This document shows positions 1 through 10,839 of a stretch of DNA of 64,000 nt, piece by piece. The position numbers were made by a program, and so were the translations under genes. The stretch comes from Candidatus Bathyarchaeota archaeon (GTDB lineage Archaea > Thermoproteota > Bathyarchaeia > Bathyarchaeales > Bathycorpusculaceae), in assembly GCA_963832745.1 (NCBI GenBank), contig CAWHVC010000002.1, positions 96,001 through 160,000 on the forward strand, written 5' to 3'. How positions within the stretch are numbered: position 1 is the stretch's first letter; each line of letters begins with the position of its first letter. The notes under the pieces are model-generated. The model saw only the letters and a program-made list of their open reading frames with translations. It was not told the DNA's origin and did no database searches.

Positions 1-652
1 CTCTAATGCCTGCCAAAAAGTCATTGAGTGCCTGTTCTTTCAGCGCTTTACATCGGGCCTTTCCGATAGTTTGTTCCATAAAAGGATAGTTTTTCTGTTT
101 AATGCAGGCATCAGCGTCTATGATTCTTCGATTGCTTTGAACGATTGCTTTAAGGTTTTCTGCTTGATTTGTAAACTCTTTCTGCAATAGATCTTCGTAG
201 AGGCTTGCAAGTTTTTCGTTGCATTGCCAGAGTTCTTCCCTCCAGTTTCTTGTCCATTTGATTTTTAGATTGCCTTTGACTTTTTGCGAAAGCTCGTATA
301 TCAGACGGGTTTTACCGGTTCCTTGCAGCCCCTCAATCATTGTTAAGCTTTTGTCGGCAGTTTCTGTCTTGAAGACAATCGAGTGATAAAGCGGCGTTTC
401 TAAAAATTTGTCTGTGGTTCCTACGGACTCGCCGACGTTAGATATTGCCCATCCGTAGATTTGTTTGAGGTTATCAGGTGTGCTTAGTGTCGGTATACTT
501 CCGGAAATTGCATATCTATTATTCACTGTGCTGGTGTCCTCGTTTGCCATGGGTTGAGCTTTTTCCTGCAAAACCTCGATTTTACAATCTTTTGGCTCAT
601 TTGAGCTTTCGTTTTGTTGGGGTTGAGATTTATTTTCTAAATTTTCAGACAT
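1..652 (-). CDS. P-loop NTPase, partial (runs off window start; not in ORF track)
   Basis: Manual translation from ATG at 652 (MSENLENK...) stays open to base 1 and contains Walker A MIEGLQGTGKTRL (~340-302). Confidence 0.75.
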   Translation of the reverse strand, partial: MSENLENKSQPQQNESSNEPKDCKIEVLQEKAQPMANEDTSTVNNRYAISGSIPTLSTPDNLKQIYGWAISNVGESVGTTDKFLETPLYHSIVFKTETADKSLTMIEGLQGTGKTRLIYELSQKVKGNLKIKWTRNWREELWQCNEKLASLYEDLLQKEFTNQAENLKAIVQSNRRIIDADACIKQKNYPFMEQTIGKARCKALKEQALNDFLAGIR

Positions 653-791
653 ATTTTATACCTCAGATTTTCTTATGAATGAAGGAAAATCGGAATAGTT
701 TTTAATACTCTACGAAAGCCCCAATCCACCAATTTCTATGGAAAATTTAATAATTTGGAGAGCCTGAGCCACTAATCAGGAGAGAGATAAA

Positions 792-1462
792 TTGCCGTTT
801 AGCGATGAGCAGAAAATTGCTTATATTCAGGAAATCCTGAAGATTTGGTCTAATCGCGTTGACGAAAAACTGTCATTCACAACAATAATCAAGGAAGCTG
901 AAAAGAAGGGAATGAAAAAGGATGCGTTGATGGATTACCTTAAAATATTGATGGGCGAAAAGGAGCTTTTTGGGGCAAAAAAGAAGGTTATTGAAAGAAT
1001 CAAAGTAGACGGAAAAAAGCCTATTTACAGGATAGCCTCCATTGATCTTTATTATGGTATTTTGGGAATTAGTAAAATTCAATGGGCGCCTCCCGAAGAA
1101 TATTTGCCGCTTTGTTACAAGGTTGGGGATGTTGTGGCTAAGGGTTTCAATGAGACCATTGAACTCCTTGGGGAAGATCAAACATTTCAGAAATCACAAA
1201 AACTGGAAAGGCTTAACAATTCAACACTTCGATTTATGGATACTCTTAAAGAAATTTATCTTGCGATTTTTTTGCTGATGCAACCTCGACTGATAAGTCA
1301 TTTAGATTGTTATGGCAAAATGTTACCGAAGTATTAAATGCTTACATGGAGTTATGGGTTTTAACGCAAGGCTTTGGGTGTCAAGACAGAATGGGCAAAC
1401 GTCTGGATGATCTAAAAGCAAAATTGATTGAGTATCTGCCGGGTGATATTGATGGTTATTAA
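792..1462 (+). CDS. Hypothetical protein, possible N-terminal winged helix; probable frameshift near 1270
   Basis: ORF 792-1337. An alternative frame from the T-run near 1270 stays open to TAA at 1460-1462. Confidence 0.45.
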
Positions 1463-1583
1463 AACATAGATGCTATGTTTATCTAATTACAAAGCGCATT
1501 ACATGGCACTCGGTAGCCCTTGGTGCTCGAACTCGTGAATAAATTTTCTATAAACTATTGAGTATTTTTGTAAAGTTAGAAAG

Positions 1584-1760
1584 TTAGTGTTTTTCAAGTT
1601 GTTTGCCGTGAATGGTTACCTTGATTTCGGTTTGGGTTTCGATGGCATAGATGCATCCGCAGTCGGGCATTTGAACTGAACGATTCTTAGGTTCCCAGAA
1701 TCCTCGAGCCCGCAGATACTTGGAGTTCATTGAGGCGCATTCGGGGCAAGTCATTCCCAT
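1584..1760 (-). CDS. Small zinc-ribbon-like protein (58 aa)
   Basis: MGMTCPECAS...PDCGC; start overlaps the stop of the SWIM gene. Confidence 0.45.
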   Translation of the reverse strand: MGMTCPECASMNSKYLRARGFWEPKNRSVQMPDCGCIYAIETQTEIKVTIHGKQLEKH

Positions 1761-2014
1761 AGCCCCAACTTGTATCTTGATGTCAGGCGTTGCTCGTCAA
1801 GATAGTTTAAAACAGCCCAAATATGCTTGCACTGGGTATGGTGAAATCGGTAGTCTGGGCAGTCGCATTCCCAACTTTGCCCGGCTTTGATCACGGAATA
1901 CCCTGATTTGCCGGTTTGGGACTTGACGAAAAAGCTGCTCGGATTGATTTGTTCTATGTCTTCCGAGGAGATTTTGTCGCCCTTCTGTTTTCGGCTCAAT
2001 ATTTGGGTTGCCAT
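1751..2014 (-). CDS. SWIM zinc-finger protein
   Basis: WECDCPDY...CKHIWAV matches the SWIM CxC...CxH motif. Confidence 0.8.
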   Translation of the reverse strand: MATQILSRKQKGDKISSEDIEQINPSSFFVKSQTGKSGYSVIKAGQSWECDCPDYRFHHTQCKHIWAVLNYLDEQRLTSRYKLGLWE

Positions 2015-2017
2015 ACG

Positions 2018-2082
2018 TTTCTACCTACAAATTCAATGCAAGTCACCGTATATTAGCTATTCTGCATATGTGTAGGTAGAAA
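2018..2082. promoter_or_regulatory. Perfect 12-bp inverted repeat flanking the putative SWIM gene promoter
   Basis: TTTCTACCTACA (2018-2029) and TGTAGGTAGAAA (2071-2082). Confidence 0.5.
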
Positions 2083-2493
2083 TAAATAAGCCTAGAAACA
2101 TAAATGTAAGCGGAGAACCAGATGCCGCTAAAGTCCAAAACATCAATAGCCCGGCCCAAATCAAAGAGCCTAAGGGCAACCATACCTGAAGGAATAGTCG
2201 AATTTTTAAAATTACAACCCAGCGATACACTCGAATGGACAATGGAAACCGCTCAAGGAGAACGCGTCGCAACAGTCAAAAAAGCGAAAAATTAAGGTTT
2301 TTTCGAAAATTCGTTCACCAAAAATTCAACTTGACAGAAATGTTAGTCCCAAACTCCGGAGCTGGCTTGGGCACGCGGTCGCTTGAAAAAATTGCCGGAA
2401 AAATTGGGCTAAACTGAGTCATTGATTCAATGATTGGGCACCGCTCTATCTTAGGTTTCATCGTCTTTATGAAATCTTAACATTAGCACGTGG

Positions 2494-3498
2494 TTACATC
2501 GTTTTTATTGTTCCAGTCTTCATATAGAAATCAAAATAATCCTTAATCATTTTGTGCCTGCTTTCAATTGATGACCTACTGACTGCGGCTTGAATAATTA
2601 ACGATTGAAAATCAAGTATTTCCCGATATTCATGATCGTATTCCAAGCCCTTTGCCGTTTGGTAGTTAAGGGTATCCACAAAAAGTATGTAGAAATCGGT
2701 GAATTTAGAAAGAAGGTCAATATCTTTTTTCATCCGCAATTCTTCAAAGAACAGGTAACATGAAACTATGACTGCTCTGTTTTTTAGCCTAGTTAGTCGC
2801 TCTCCAAAGAGTTTGTTTAAATCGTCTAAAGTCTCTTTGATTTGTGTAACTTGCTTTTGGTGATAGGATAAGTCTTTGAAGTTCTCAAAGAAAGGAGCTA
2901 GCTCTTCGTACCTACCGCCATAAAAGATGCCATTTATCGCCCGATAAAACGAATTAATGCAAATAGTGGCAAACACCGTTTCCTTGGCAAACCTTCTATT
3001 CGGGATTCTTACTTTTATGAAGAACGGATGGTTTTTTCCAATGTCAAATACGAAATCATGGAGTTGCCCTTTTATTGCATTCAATTTTTCGCCTACATTA
3101 AGAGGAGCGCCCAATTGTAGCCTTAAGAAGAGTAATCTTAATTCCTCTTCGGTAGCTTGTGTGATTATAGCTAAAGTAAATTCATAGTTGCTGATGATTT
3201 CCCTCTCTTTTAGCGATAGATGGTCCCAATCTCGTCTGTCAGGAAGCGTAAGGTATCCATCAAAAAACTCAAACAACGACTCAATTCTCTGTCTGCCATC
3301 TATCACATCGTACTGATTATTTTTTGACTTGAATAAGTAAATTTTAGGGATGTCCAGTCCCTTTAGCATCGAATCGATTAGTAACTGTCTTTTCGCTTGG
3401 TTCCAGACAGTTGGCTCTCTTTGATAGTCAGGATATTGTATTAGAGACCGCTTCTGATAGAGCATTTCTGCTGACCAAGACTCAATAATTCGATTCAT
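2494..3498 (-). CDS. DUF262 (ParB/Srx-like, GmrS-type) domain protein
   Basis: PDYQR...W...LLIDSML.G..IP.IY...VIDGRQR motifs. Confidence 0.85.
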   Translation of the reverse strand: MNRIIESWSAEMLYQKRSLIQYPDYQREPTVWNQAKRQLLIDSMLKGLDIPKIYLFKSKNNQYDVIDGRQRIESLFEFFDGYLTLPDRRDWDHLSLKEREIISNYEFTLAIITQATEEELRLLFLRLQLGAPLNVGEKLNAIKGQLHDFVFDIGKNHPFFIKVRIPNRRFAKETVFATICINSFYRAINGIFYGGRYEELAPFFENFKDLSYHQKQVTQIKETLDDLNKLFGERLTRLKNRAVIVSCYLFFEELRMKKDIDLLSKFTDFYILFVDTLNYQTAKGLEYDHEYREILDFQSLIIQAAVSRSSIESRHKMIKDYFDFYMKTGTIKTM

Positions 3499-4513
3499 TA
3501 GTTTTCTTCTCCCATTATTTTGTTAATATATTTCAATCTTTCAGTACATCGACCATTTTCCCTGAGGTAAGAAATCTTGCTCTTTAGCCAGCTTTCAAAG
3601 GGATTTTGGGTTCCATAACGTGCAATATCTTTGCAACCTTCCAATTCATTGAGGACTCTAACATTTTTCAGAAAACGGGTTCTGCCTCTTATTTCGAGAC
3701 CACCGTCTTGTGTGTTAATTAATTCGATTTGGTAGGCTTTACCGCTTTTTAATTGAGTGTTGAAAAGCAATGACATCAGACCCCAATCATTTTGGCTAAG
3801 CTTGCAACCAACTATTCTAAGGACATCACAATCTAGAATTTCAAAAGCTTTTCCCCATAGAGTATTAAAGGGATAGGAGTCTCTCACCTTTCCGATGCTA
3901 GGCGGCAACCATAACATATCGGTCTGCGTAACAGTCATAGCTTGCTCCTCGTCTATTGACACAAATGGAAAGCCTCTTTTCCAATTGAATGAGCCATGTA
4001 GTTTTATGAGGGGAATACTGTTAAAGTCTAATGTGTAATGGTGGCTTTCGCATCTGCACTTCATTACGTAGTTCACTCCATTATAGATTTCATTAAAGGC
4101 ATGGTCCAATAAGCTATCATAATTTAGAGAAATGGCGCCAACTATTCTTCGTTTTCACGAATGGATTTATGCATTTGAAGAAGTGCCATTTCAAGGGTGG
4201 GTTCTATCTGGGTATCATCTTTAACCAGATTTGCTTCAACAGTTTCACAAAAAAGAGATCTAAGAGTTTCTGCAGCTATATCATATTTCCGGGTTCTCAA
4301 AGTTTCAAGAAGGCTAATGTAATGCTCAATATCTATCTCAGACGACTCCGAAACATCTCTAAAGATTTCCTTTGTTGTCTTAAGCTTCTTAGCTTTCTTC
4401 ATTACTGCTTCTGAAATTTGAACAAGTGACAAAGGCTTCTCGAGACCATTAACGCTTGCCTCAGCCATAGTAGCCCCGGCGCCAAACAAATAAACTACTT
4501 TGATAGGGGGCAT
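3498..4513 (-). CDS. SIR2-like (SIR2_2) NADase domain protein; single frameshift near 4145
   Basis: VVYLFGAGA at the N-terminus, ISLNYDSLLD in the gap between the two ORFs (read in the downstream frame), and LIKLHGS. Confidence 0.8.
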
Positions 4514-4650
4514 AGCGTATTATCTCTCCATGTAATTGGAACACCTTTGAAATAACTGACTTATTATTCTTGTGATAGAACAATAAAAGTCATCGAATCG
4601 GTTATTTGTTTGCTTCTACGGTAAATCGCGCTAACCATACAAGCAAAAAG

Positions 4651-5133
4651 TTACCAAGTTCCAGCTCTATCAGACCCATATATGCCACTTCTGCGCTTAG
4701 CTTTCATCGATTCAAGCAATATTTTTTGATAGTAACATTTGGGGCAAATTCCATTATTTCCATCATAGTAAGTATTAGTTATTGGATTTCCGCAATTCAT
4801 ACAAAATATGATATTTTCCACGATTGGTGTCTCTTTCTCTGGCACTTCGTTTTGGTCAATTTCATTAGAAACTGAACTGTTTTCAAGCGGCGTGGGAGCG
4901 AATATCTCTGTAATTCTCTCACGACCAGTGTCTTTTATCAACCGTTTTTCAACAAACAAGTTTGCAGGTATAAGATTCTCATGTTTGAGGTGTTCAATAA
5001 TTTTTTTTACCCGTGCTATTGGTAGATTGGTGCCAGCAGCAATTTGATTGATTTTAAATTCTGGATTATTTTTTAAACAAATGTATACTCTTCCGCAGTC
5101 CTCGAAATCTTGAACTGTAATTTGGGGTGCCAA
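4651..5133 (-). CDS. Hypothetical protein with HTH-like N-terminus and C-terminal zinc ribbon
   Basis: CMNCG...CPKC; HTH-like INQIAAGTNLPIARVKKII. Confidence 0.5.
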   Translation of the reverse strand: MAPQITVQDFEDCGRVYICLKNNPEFKINQIAAGTNLPIARVKKIIEHLKHENLIPANLFVEKRLIKDTGRERITEIFAPTPLENSSVSNEIDQNEVPEKETPIVENIIFCMNCGNPITNTYYDGNNGICPKCYYQKILLESMKAKRRSGIYGSDRAGTW

Positions 5134-5324
5134 CCCTTAAACAACCTTCTATTTGATTGTTATTATTTTTATTTATAAACTTATAAAACTATGCAATATT
5201 GTGTTATTTTATATAGTAATTATGAACAGTAATTGTGATTTGATATGTATTAGTGCCAAATTTTTCTTTAACGAAAGATTCATCTATGATGAAATACAAC
5301 TAACAAAAAGCAAGGGGTTATTAC

Positions 5325-6257
5325 ACGCAAGTACTGGACTTATTTAGCGGTGGTGGTGGGTTCGCTCGAGGTTTCAGCTACGAAGGGTTCAGTGTACTAG
5401 GCGTAGATTGCTCTGAATATGCTGGCAAAACTTTTGAATTAAACAGACTAGGCTGTTTTCGTTTAGCAGATCTATCAACGGAATTAATCGAAGGCAAGTT
5501 TGATGTAATTACGGGTGGTCCTCCATGTAAACCTTGGTCAGTTGTTAATACAACTAATGCCTTACCGCTCATCGAGATTTTGTTCTTGTTTCGCGTTATT
5601 TCAAGCATATAGAAAAAAATTGTCCAAAAATATTCATGCTTGAAAACGTTCCATTACTTGCCAAAGAGCCGATTATAGATCAGTATATTTCCGTTTTACG
5701 AAAAAATTTCGGTTATTCCATTCAAAGTAGAATAATTAGGTATAGTGATTACGGCGCTCCAACAAAAAGGCGAAGATTTCTACTTTTTGGTTCTAGGACG
5801 GTGAAGCAGATGACTTTTTTGATGAATTAAAAAAAAGAAAGCGTAAGCCTTCGACTGTAAAAGATGTCATTTGGCCTCTAAGAAATAGGCTACAAAACGA
5901 CTTACCTAATCACATATGGCCGAATTTAAAAACTATTGATAAATATTTGTATAAATATAAAACAGGCAAATTTGGCTGGTAAGATATCAAATTGGGACGA
6001 GCCAGCGCCATCTTTTGGCAATGTTATGAAAACGTATATTCTTCACCCCGATGCATTTTCGGGTGGAGAGAAGCGGGTTATTTCCGTTAAAGAAGCTTCT
6101 TTAATCATGGGCTTTGACAATAGTTTCCAGTTTCCAGATGATAAATTATTTGGGCATAAAATATCAAATGGTTGTCGATTCAGTCAGTCCTGTTTTTTCG
6201 AGAATAGCCGCTGAGATAATTAAAACTGACTTTTTAAGGGGGGCCAGTCATGATTAA
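5325..6257 (+). pseudogene. DNA (cytosine-5)-methyltransferase, DrmMII-like; at least four frameshifts and ACG at the expected start
   Basis: Motifs occur in order across frames: VLDLFSGGGGF (I), GGPPCKPWS (IV), MLENV (VI), YGAPTKRRR (VIII), RVISVKEA..IMGF (IX), YQMVVDSVSP (X). Confidence 0.85.
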
Positions 6258-6923
6258 AGGCGTCTCCATTTTTACAGAGCGACTCGTTTTTTGGTGGTCC
6301 AGAAATAAACGTCATTTCCCTTGGCGAGAAACAAATAACGCTTATGATATTCTTGTAGCTGAAATTTTACTTCATCGCACCAAAGCATCTCAGGTTGCAA
6401 AGTTATATCCTGAATTTTTGTGTGCTTTCCCAACTCCGCTGTCTTTGGCCGAGGGAGCACCCGATAACATTAAAAAAATACTTAACCCTTTAGGACTGCA
6501 TTGGCGTACCAAGCTAATTCATTGTATGGGTAAGGAAATTATAGAAAATTTAATGGAAGAATTCCTGAAGAAAAAAGTTTGTTGATGTCGCTTCCAGGCG
6601 TCAGCGATTATATTTCTTCGGCAGTTATGTGCTTTGCATATAATTACAATGTACCCCTTCTTGACACAAACACTGTACTAGTCATAGGACGTTTTCTCGA
6701 GATTAAAACAAATGACGGATCACGGCGAAGTAATCAATTTAGAAGGGCTTACTTGCAATTATATGATCAAACTAAGGCTACACCTAGGGAGTTCGCCTTT
6801 GCAATAATAGATTTTGCAGCACTTGTATGTTTACCCAAGAATCCATTATGCGACAAATGTGTAGTTGGCAGTATCTGCATGTACAAATCAAATATTGATA
6901 ATAAGAAAGAGGCGCTATTATGA
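6250..6923 (+). CDS. mig: Mig-type T:G mismatch DNA glycosylase (HhH-GPD, 4Fe-4S); one frameshift near 6548
   Basis: FPWR, EILLHRT (Mig EILLRRT; MutY EVMLQQT), LPGVSDY, and C-x6-C-x2-C-x5-C. No MutT-like C-terminal domain. Confidence 0.75.
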
Positions 6924-9900
6924 GAGAAAAACTTGTCACAGAACTCGTAAAAGAAGTGCTTGGTCCACGAACAAATGACATTAGAGAAAAAATGGTTCTC
7001 AGTCCTGTTACAGAGTTTATTACTGGTGTTCTTGCTCCACAAGGCGCTCGTGAGATTCCAACGATTGATGATGACTTAGAAATTCCTGTTGAGGATACAC
7101 AAAATTATGAAGGCGAAACCGCAGACTCTGATGTCGATGCATTGCCTGTCTTTCAGCCAGCATTATATCCTAAGAGTAAACCATCTACCATAGGTTTATC
7201 TTTTGTTATAAGACACAATGGAGAACCAAGAATTGATGTTTGTTTAACTTGGGCAAGATATAAGGGAATAATTAATAAAAACGGTAAAGTTTCGGAGTGG
7301 CGAAGGGAACCAAAATTCTTTGTCCAGTCGATTCAACTATTAAAAACGACTGTTATTTTTATTGACACATTAGGCAGAATATGTGATAAAAACAATGCTG
7401 AAATATCTCTTCATATAGTCACGAATCCTCTCAGTAACGATACACGCTTAGTGCATCTTTATTTTGTTAATGAGTTACCGAATCCGCCTTCTGAGTCAGA
7501 AATAACTTCGGAAGATTGTATTTTTCAGCCACAAATACGTGTATGTAAAGGAAATACAGAACTAACGCAAGGGATAAGGAAAAAACCGGCTGGATCAGAG
7601 GAAAAAACTTTAGATTTTCTGTACAGAAATAGACCAATCCTATCTAGGGGGCATTTATGCTCAGCAGTTTGGAGAGATATTGATCCGCAAACGCCTAAAA
7701 AATGTAAATTAACATATCCCGAGTGTGCTGGAGAAATCCCATTTTTCTGGATTGATGGACCAATTCTTACAGAATATGGCTTGTCTGAAAAACAGAAACA
7801 TTTCTCAGAATGTGATGTTAGGACAGAGTTTATTCCCTTATATGCATTGGCAAATCCTGATCTCGAATGGCCAAAGGAGTTCAAGCGCGTCCCTGAACTT
7901 AAGGCATCTGCACTTTCGGAGACATGGAATATTGGCGAATTACAGTCTGCCTTCTATCCTATAATTCAAGAACTACAACAATGGATAGACGAATTAGAAC
8001 AAAAATCAAAGGATTATCTCGAAGATGATAAAGCATTAGCTATAGATTTGATCGCCGAATGTAAAGCCGCCAATAGTCGTATAGCGGATGGTATTGCGCT
8101 ATTATGTAACAATGAAGAAGCTCGATTAGCATTCTGTTTTGCAAACAAGGCAATAGCGCTCCAAGCAACGTGGGGGAAAAAGAAAGAATTCGTTTGGCGT
8201 CCATTTCAAATAGCCTTTATTTTAATGACAATCGAGTCTATATTCAACTCAAAATCCAAGCATAGATCTACCTGTGATGTACTCTGGGTTCCTACTGGTA
8301 CAGGAAAAACAGAAGCTTATTTAGCGCTTATCGCTTTTGCTATCGCTTTAAGAAGAAGAAATGCGTTGCTTAATTCAAACCAAGAATTAACCGGCGCTGG
8401 AGTATCAGTTATTACACGTTATACTCTACGATTGCTGACAATTCAGCAATTTAGAAGAACTCTATCTATGATTACTGCCTGCGAATACCTTCGAGTACAT
8501 AATTTAGGTGCAAGATCATCGGTGGGTTGGAGACCAATTAATTCTGCTAAAAAAGGCGATTTTATCTGGGGTTCAACTCCCTTTTCATGTGGATTATGGG
8601 TAGGCGGTAGTGTTTCTCCAAACAGGTTATCAGATCTTTACATACGTAAAACAAATCAGTATATCAGTGGAGCATTAAGCATATTGAAGGGGAACAGGGG
8701 TGAGGGAGAACCAGCGCAAGTACTTACCTGCCCTGCCTGCGGCGAAATCCTTGCAGTACCAGAAATGGGCCTCTCAACTGGCAATCATCAAATCCACCTT
8801 ATAATAAAACATGAAAAAGGCGATATACGCCTAATCATTCCAGCTCTTTCGGATAAATCCTTTGGCAATGCAAAAATTGTAGGTCCGCCTAGGGTTTTTG
8901 AACTTGAATCACAATCATACTACACATTAACCCTTACCTTAGCTGTCACAGGGTCGTTCAGCACTAAGGACTTAGATGCTTTTTGGGAAAAAATTTTAAC
9001 TATAATTGAGAAAAATGGTGTTAAACTTGAACTCGCCCCTATTAAGGCGTCTAGGAATGGATATTTTGAGAAAAAAACCGAAGGCTCAAAAAAGGGGTAT
9101 GATTTTGAAATATTTTGCCCTAGTCCTTCTTGTGAGTTAAACAGGATTTGGGTAGGTGGTCTACCCGCTGGTTCAATTGCAGACAATAGTCCAAGAAATT
9201 TTGCTCCGCATCCAGATGGTCATACAATTCCTTGTTTCCCTGATGGCAATAGACTCGTAGACATTCAAATGCCGTTTAGAAAAGCCGGTAACCTTCACAT
9301 TTCAAATCGAATACCGATACCCGCGCTAACAGTGGAAGAGCAAGTTTTTAGCAAATTACCTTCTGTTGTTGTAGCTACAGTTGATAAGTTTGCCCGCCCT
9401 CCATTTAATCCTCAAGCTGCAGGATTTTTTGGAAATGTGGACGCTCATAACAGTGTTCATGGATATTTTAGGAAAACGACATGGTTATCTTCGCAGGCTA
9501 AAACTCAAAAGTTAATCTATCAACTTTCTCCGCCTAACCTCATCGTGCAAGATGAGTTACACTTGATTGAAGGTCCTTTGGGAAGTTTAGTTGGCTTGTA
9601 TGAAACGGCAATAGATTTTCTTTCCAGTGAAACAAATAAAAATCCTGTCAAATATGTTGCTTCAACAGCCACTATCCGAAGTGCTCATGATCAAACTATG
9701 GCAATTTTCCACAGGAGCCTTCAACTATTTCCTCCACGAGGATTAGATGCAAGTAAACGATTTTTTATAACTGAGAAAGATACACATGTCTTAGATGATT
9801 CTTCGGCAGGTAGATTGTACCTTGGGATTTGTGCACCCGGAAGGGGACCTTTGACTCCTCTTGTGCGTATTTATAGCAGGCTATTATTCACAGTTGGGAC

Positions 9901-10837
9901 GTATACTTCTTGCCCATCAATAGACGATTTTTGGACGTTAACAGGATACTTTAACGCCATAAGAGAGCTAGGTGGTGCAAGGGCTTTGTATAGACAAGAC
10001 ATTCCTCAAAGAATTTATGCTATAGCGGAAAATGAGCGCCAACCACCTCGTAATTTAGATGACAGCAATGTAATTGAATTGTCTAGTAGAGGTAACTCGA
10101 ATGATCTTCCCGCAATTCTTCGAATTTTAGAACAAAGTTGCTATCCAAACGCTCCTGATGCATTATTCACTACCTCTATGTTTGGAACCGGCATTGATGT
10201 ATCGCGAATTGGTTTAATGATTGTAAATGGACAGCCAAAAACTACTTCCGCATATATACAATCTACAGGACGTGTTGGTCGCAAAAATGCTGCTCTTGTA
10301 GTAACATTTCTCAGAGCTTCAAGACCACGTGACCTTAACCATTATGAATTCTTTGAAGGGTATCATAGTCAACTTCATCGGTATGTTGAGCCCACGACTG
10401 TGTATCCGTTCTCTCCCGGTGCACTTGAAAGAGCCTTAGGCCCAGTTATGGTTTTCATCCTTAGAAATATGCGAACATGTGCTATTGAATGGAGTGATTC
10501 AGAAAGCGCTCATAAAATGGATACTGCACTAACCACTTGCATAGAAGTTAAAAGATTGCCGGATATATTTGAGACTAGAGCTCAAGGTCAACCGAAACAC
10601 CGTAAGCCTATGCCGACTATTGTTCAAAAACTCGCTCAATCAAGACTTGCATTATGGCAATCAATTGCGGTTATTACAAAACAAAATCTAAAGTACAGCG
10701 AATATAATCAGGTTGAAAAACACGTCGTTTTAGGTGATTATAGACATCTTCACTCTCTCAAAGAAGTAGTGTACAAAAATGCGCCACAATCTCTGCGAGA
10801 TATTGAAGAAACAACTGGATTCCAAACAAGGGGATAA
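6920..10837 (+). CDS. drmA: DISARM DrmA-like SF2 helicase
   Basis: PTGTGKTEAY, RYTLRLLTIQQF, QDELHLIEGPLGS, STATI, QSTGRVGR; 1305 aa, followed by DUF1998 and PLD genes. Confidence 0.9.
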   Translation: MREKLVTELVKEVLGPRTNDIREKMVLSPVTEFITGVLAPQGAREIPTIDDDLEIPVEDTQNYEGETADSDVDALPVFQPALYPKSKPSTIGLSFVIRHNGEPRIDVCLTWARYKGIINKNGKVSEWRREPKFFVQSIQLLKTTVIFIDTLGRICDKNNAEISLHIVTNPLSNDTRLVHLYFVNELPNPPSESEITSEDCIFQPQIRVCKGNTELTQGIRKKPAGSEEKTLDFLYRNRPILSRGHLCSAVWRDIDPQTPKKCKLTYPECAGEIPFFWIDGPILTEYGLSEKQKHFSECDVRTEFIPLYALANPDLEWPKEFKRVPELKASALSETWNIGELQSAFYPIIQELQQWIDELEQKSKDYLEDDKALAIDLIAECKAANSRIADGIALLCNNEEARLAFCFANKAIALQATWGKKKEFVWRPFQIAFILMTIESIFNSKSKHRSTCDVLWVPTGTGKTEAYLALIAFAIALRRRNALLNSNQELTGAGVSVITRYTLRLLTIQQFRRTLSMITACEYLRVHNLGARSSVGWRPINSAKKGDFIWGSTPFSCGLWVGGSVSPNRLSDLYIRKTNQYISGALSILKGNRGEGEPAQVLTCPACGEILAVPEMGLSTGNHQIHLIIKHEKGDIRLIIPALSDKSFGNAKIVGPPRVFELESQSYYTLTLTLAVTGSFSTKDLDAFWEKILTIIEKNGVKLELAPIKASRNGYFEKKTEGSKKGYDFEIFCPSPSCELNRIWVGGLPAGSIADNSPRNFAPHPDGHTIPCFPDGNRLVDIQMPFRKAGNLHISNRIPIPALTVEEQVFSKLPSVVVATVDKFARPPFNPQAAGFFGNVDAHNSVHGYFRKTTWLSSQAKTQKLIYQLSPPNLIVQDELHLIEGPLGSLVGLYETAIDFLSSETNKNPVKYVASTATIRSAHDQTMAIFHRSLQLFPPRGLDASKRFFITEKDTHVLDDSSAGRLYLGICAPGRGPLTPLVRIYSRLLFTVGTYTSCPSIDDFWTLTGYFNAIRELGGARALYRQDIPQRIYAIAENERQPPRNLDDSNVIELSSRGNSNDLPAILRILEQSCYPNAPDALFTTSMFGTGIDVSRIGLMIVNGQPKTTSAYIQSTGRVGRKNAALVVTFLRASRPRDLNHYEFFEGYHSQLHRYVEPTTVYPFSPGALERALGPVMVFILRNMRTCAIEWSDSESAHKMDTALTTCIEVKRLPDIFETRAQGQPKHRKPMPTIVQKLAQSRLALWQSIAVITKQNLKYSEYNQVEKHVVLGDYRHLHSLKEVVYKNAPQSLRDIEETTGFQTRG

Positions 10838-10839
10838 AT

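Noticed and set aside
1584-2014. IS element starting with a SWIM domain
   Set aside because: No DDE transposase domain follows.
6250-6923. MutY adenine glycosylase
   Set aside because: It lacks the QQT motif and the C-terminal MutT-like domain; it has Mig-like HRT and Tyr and sits beside a C5 MTase.
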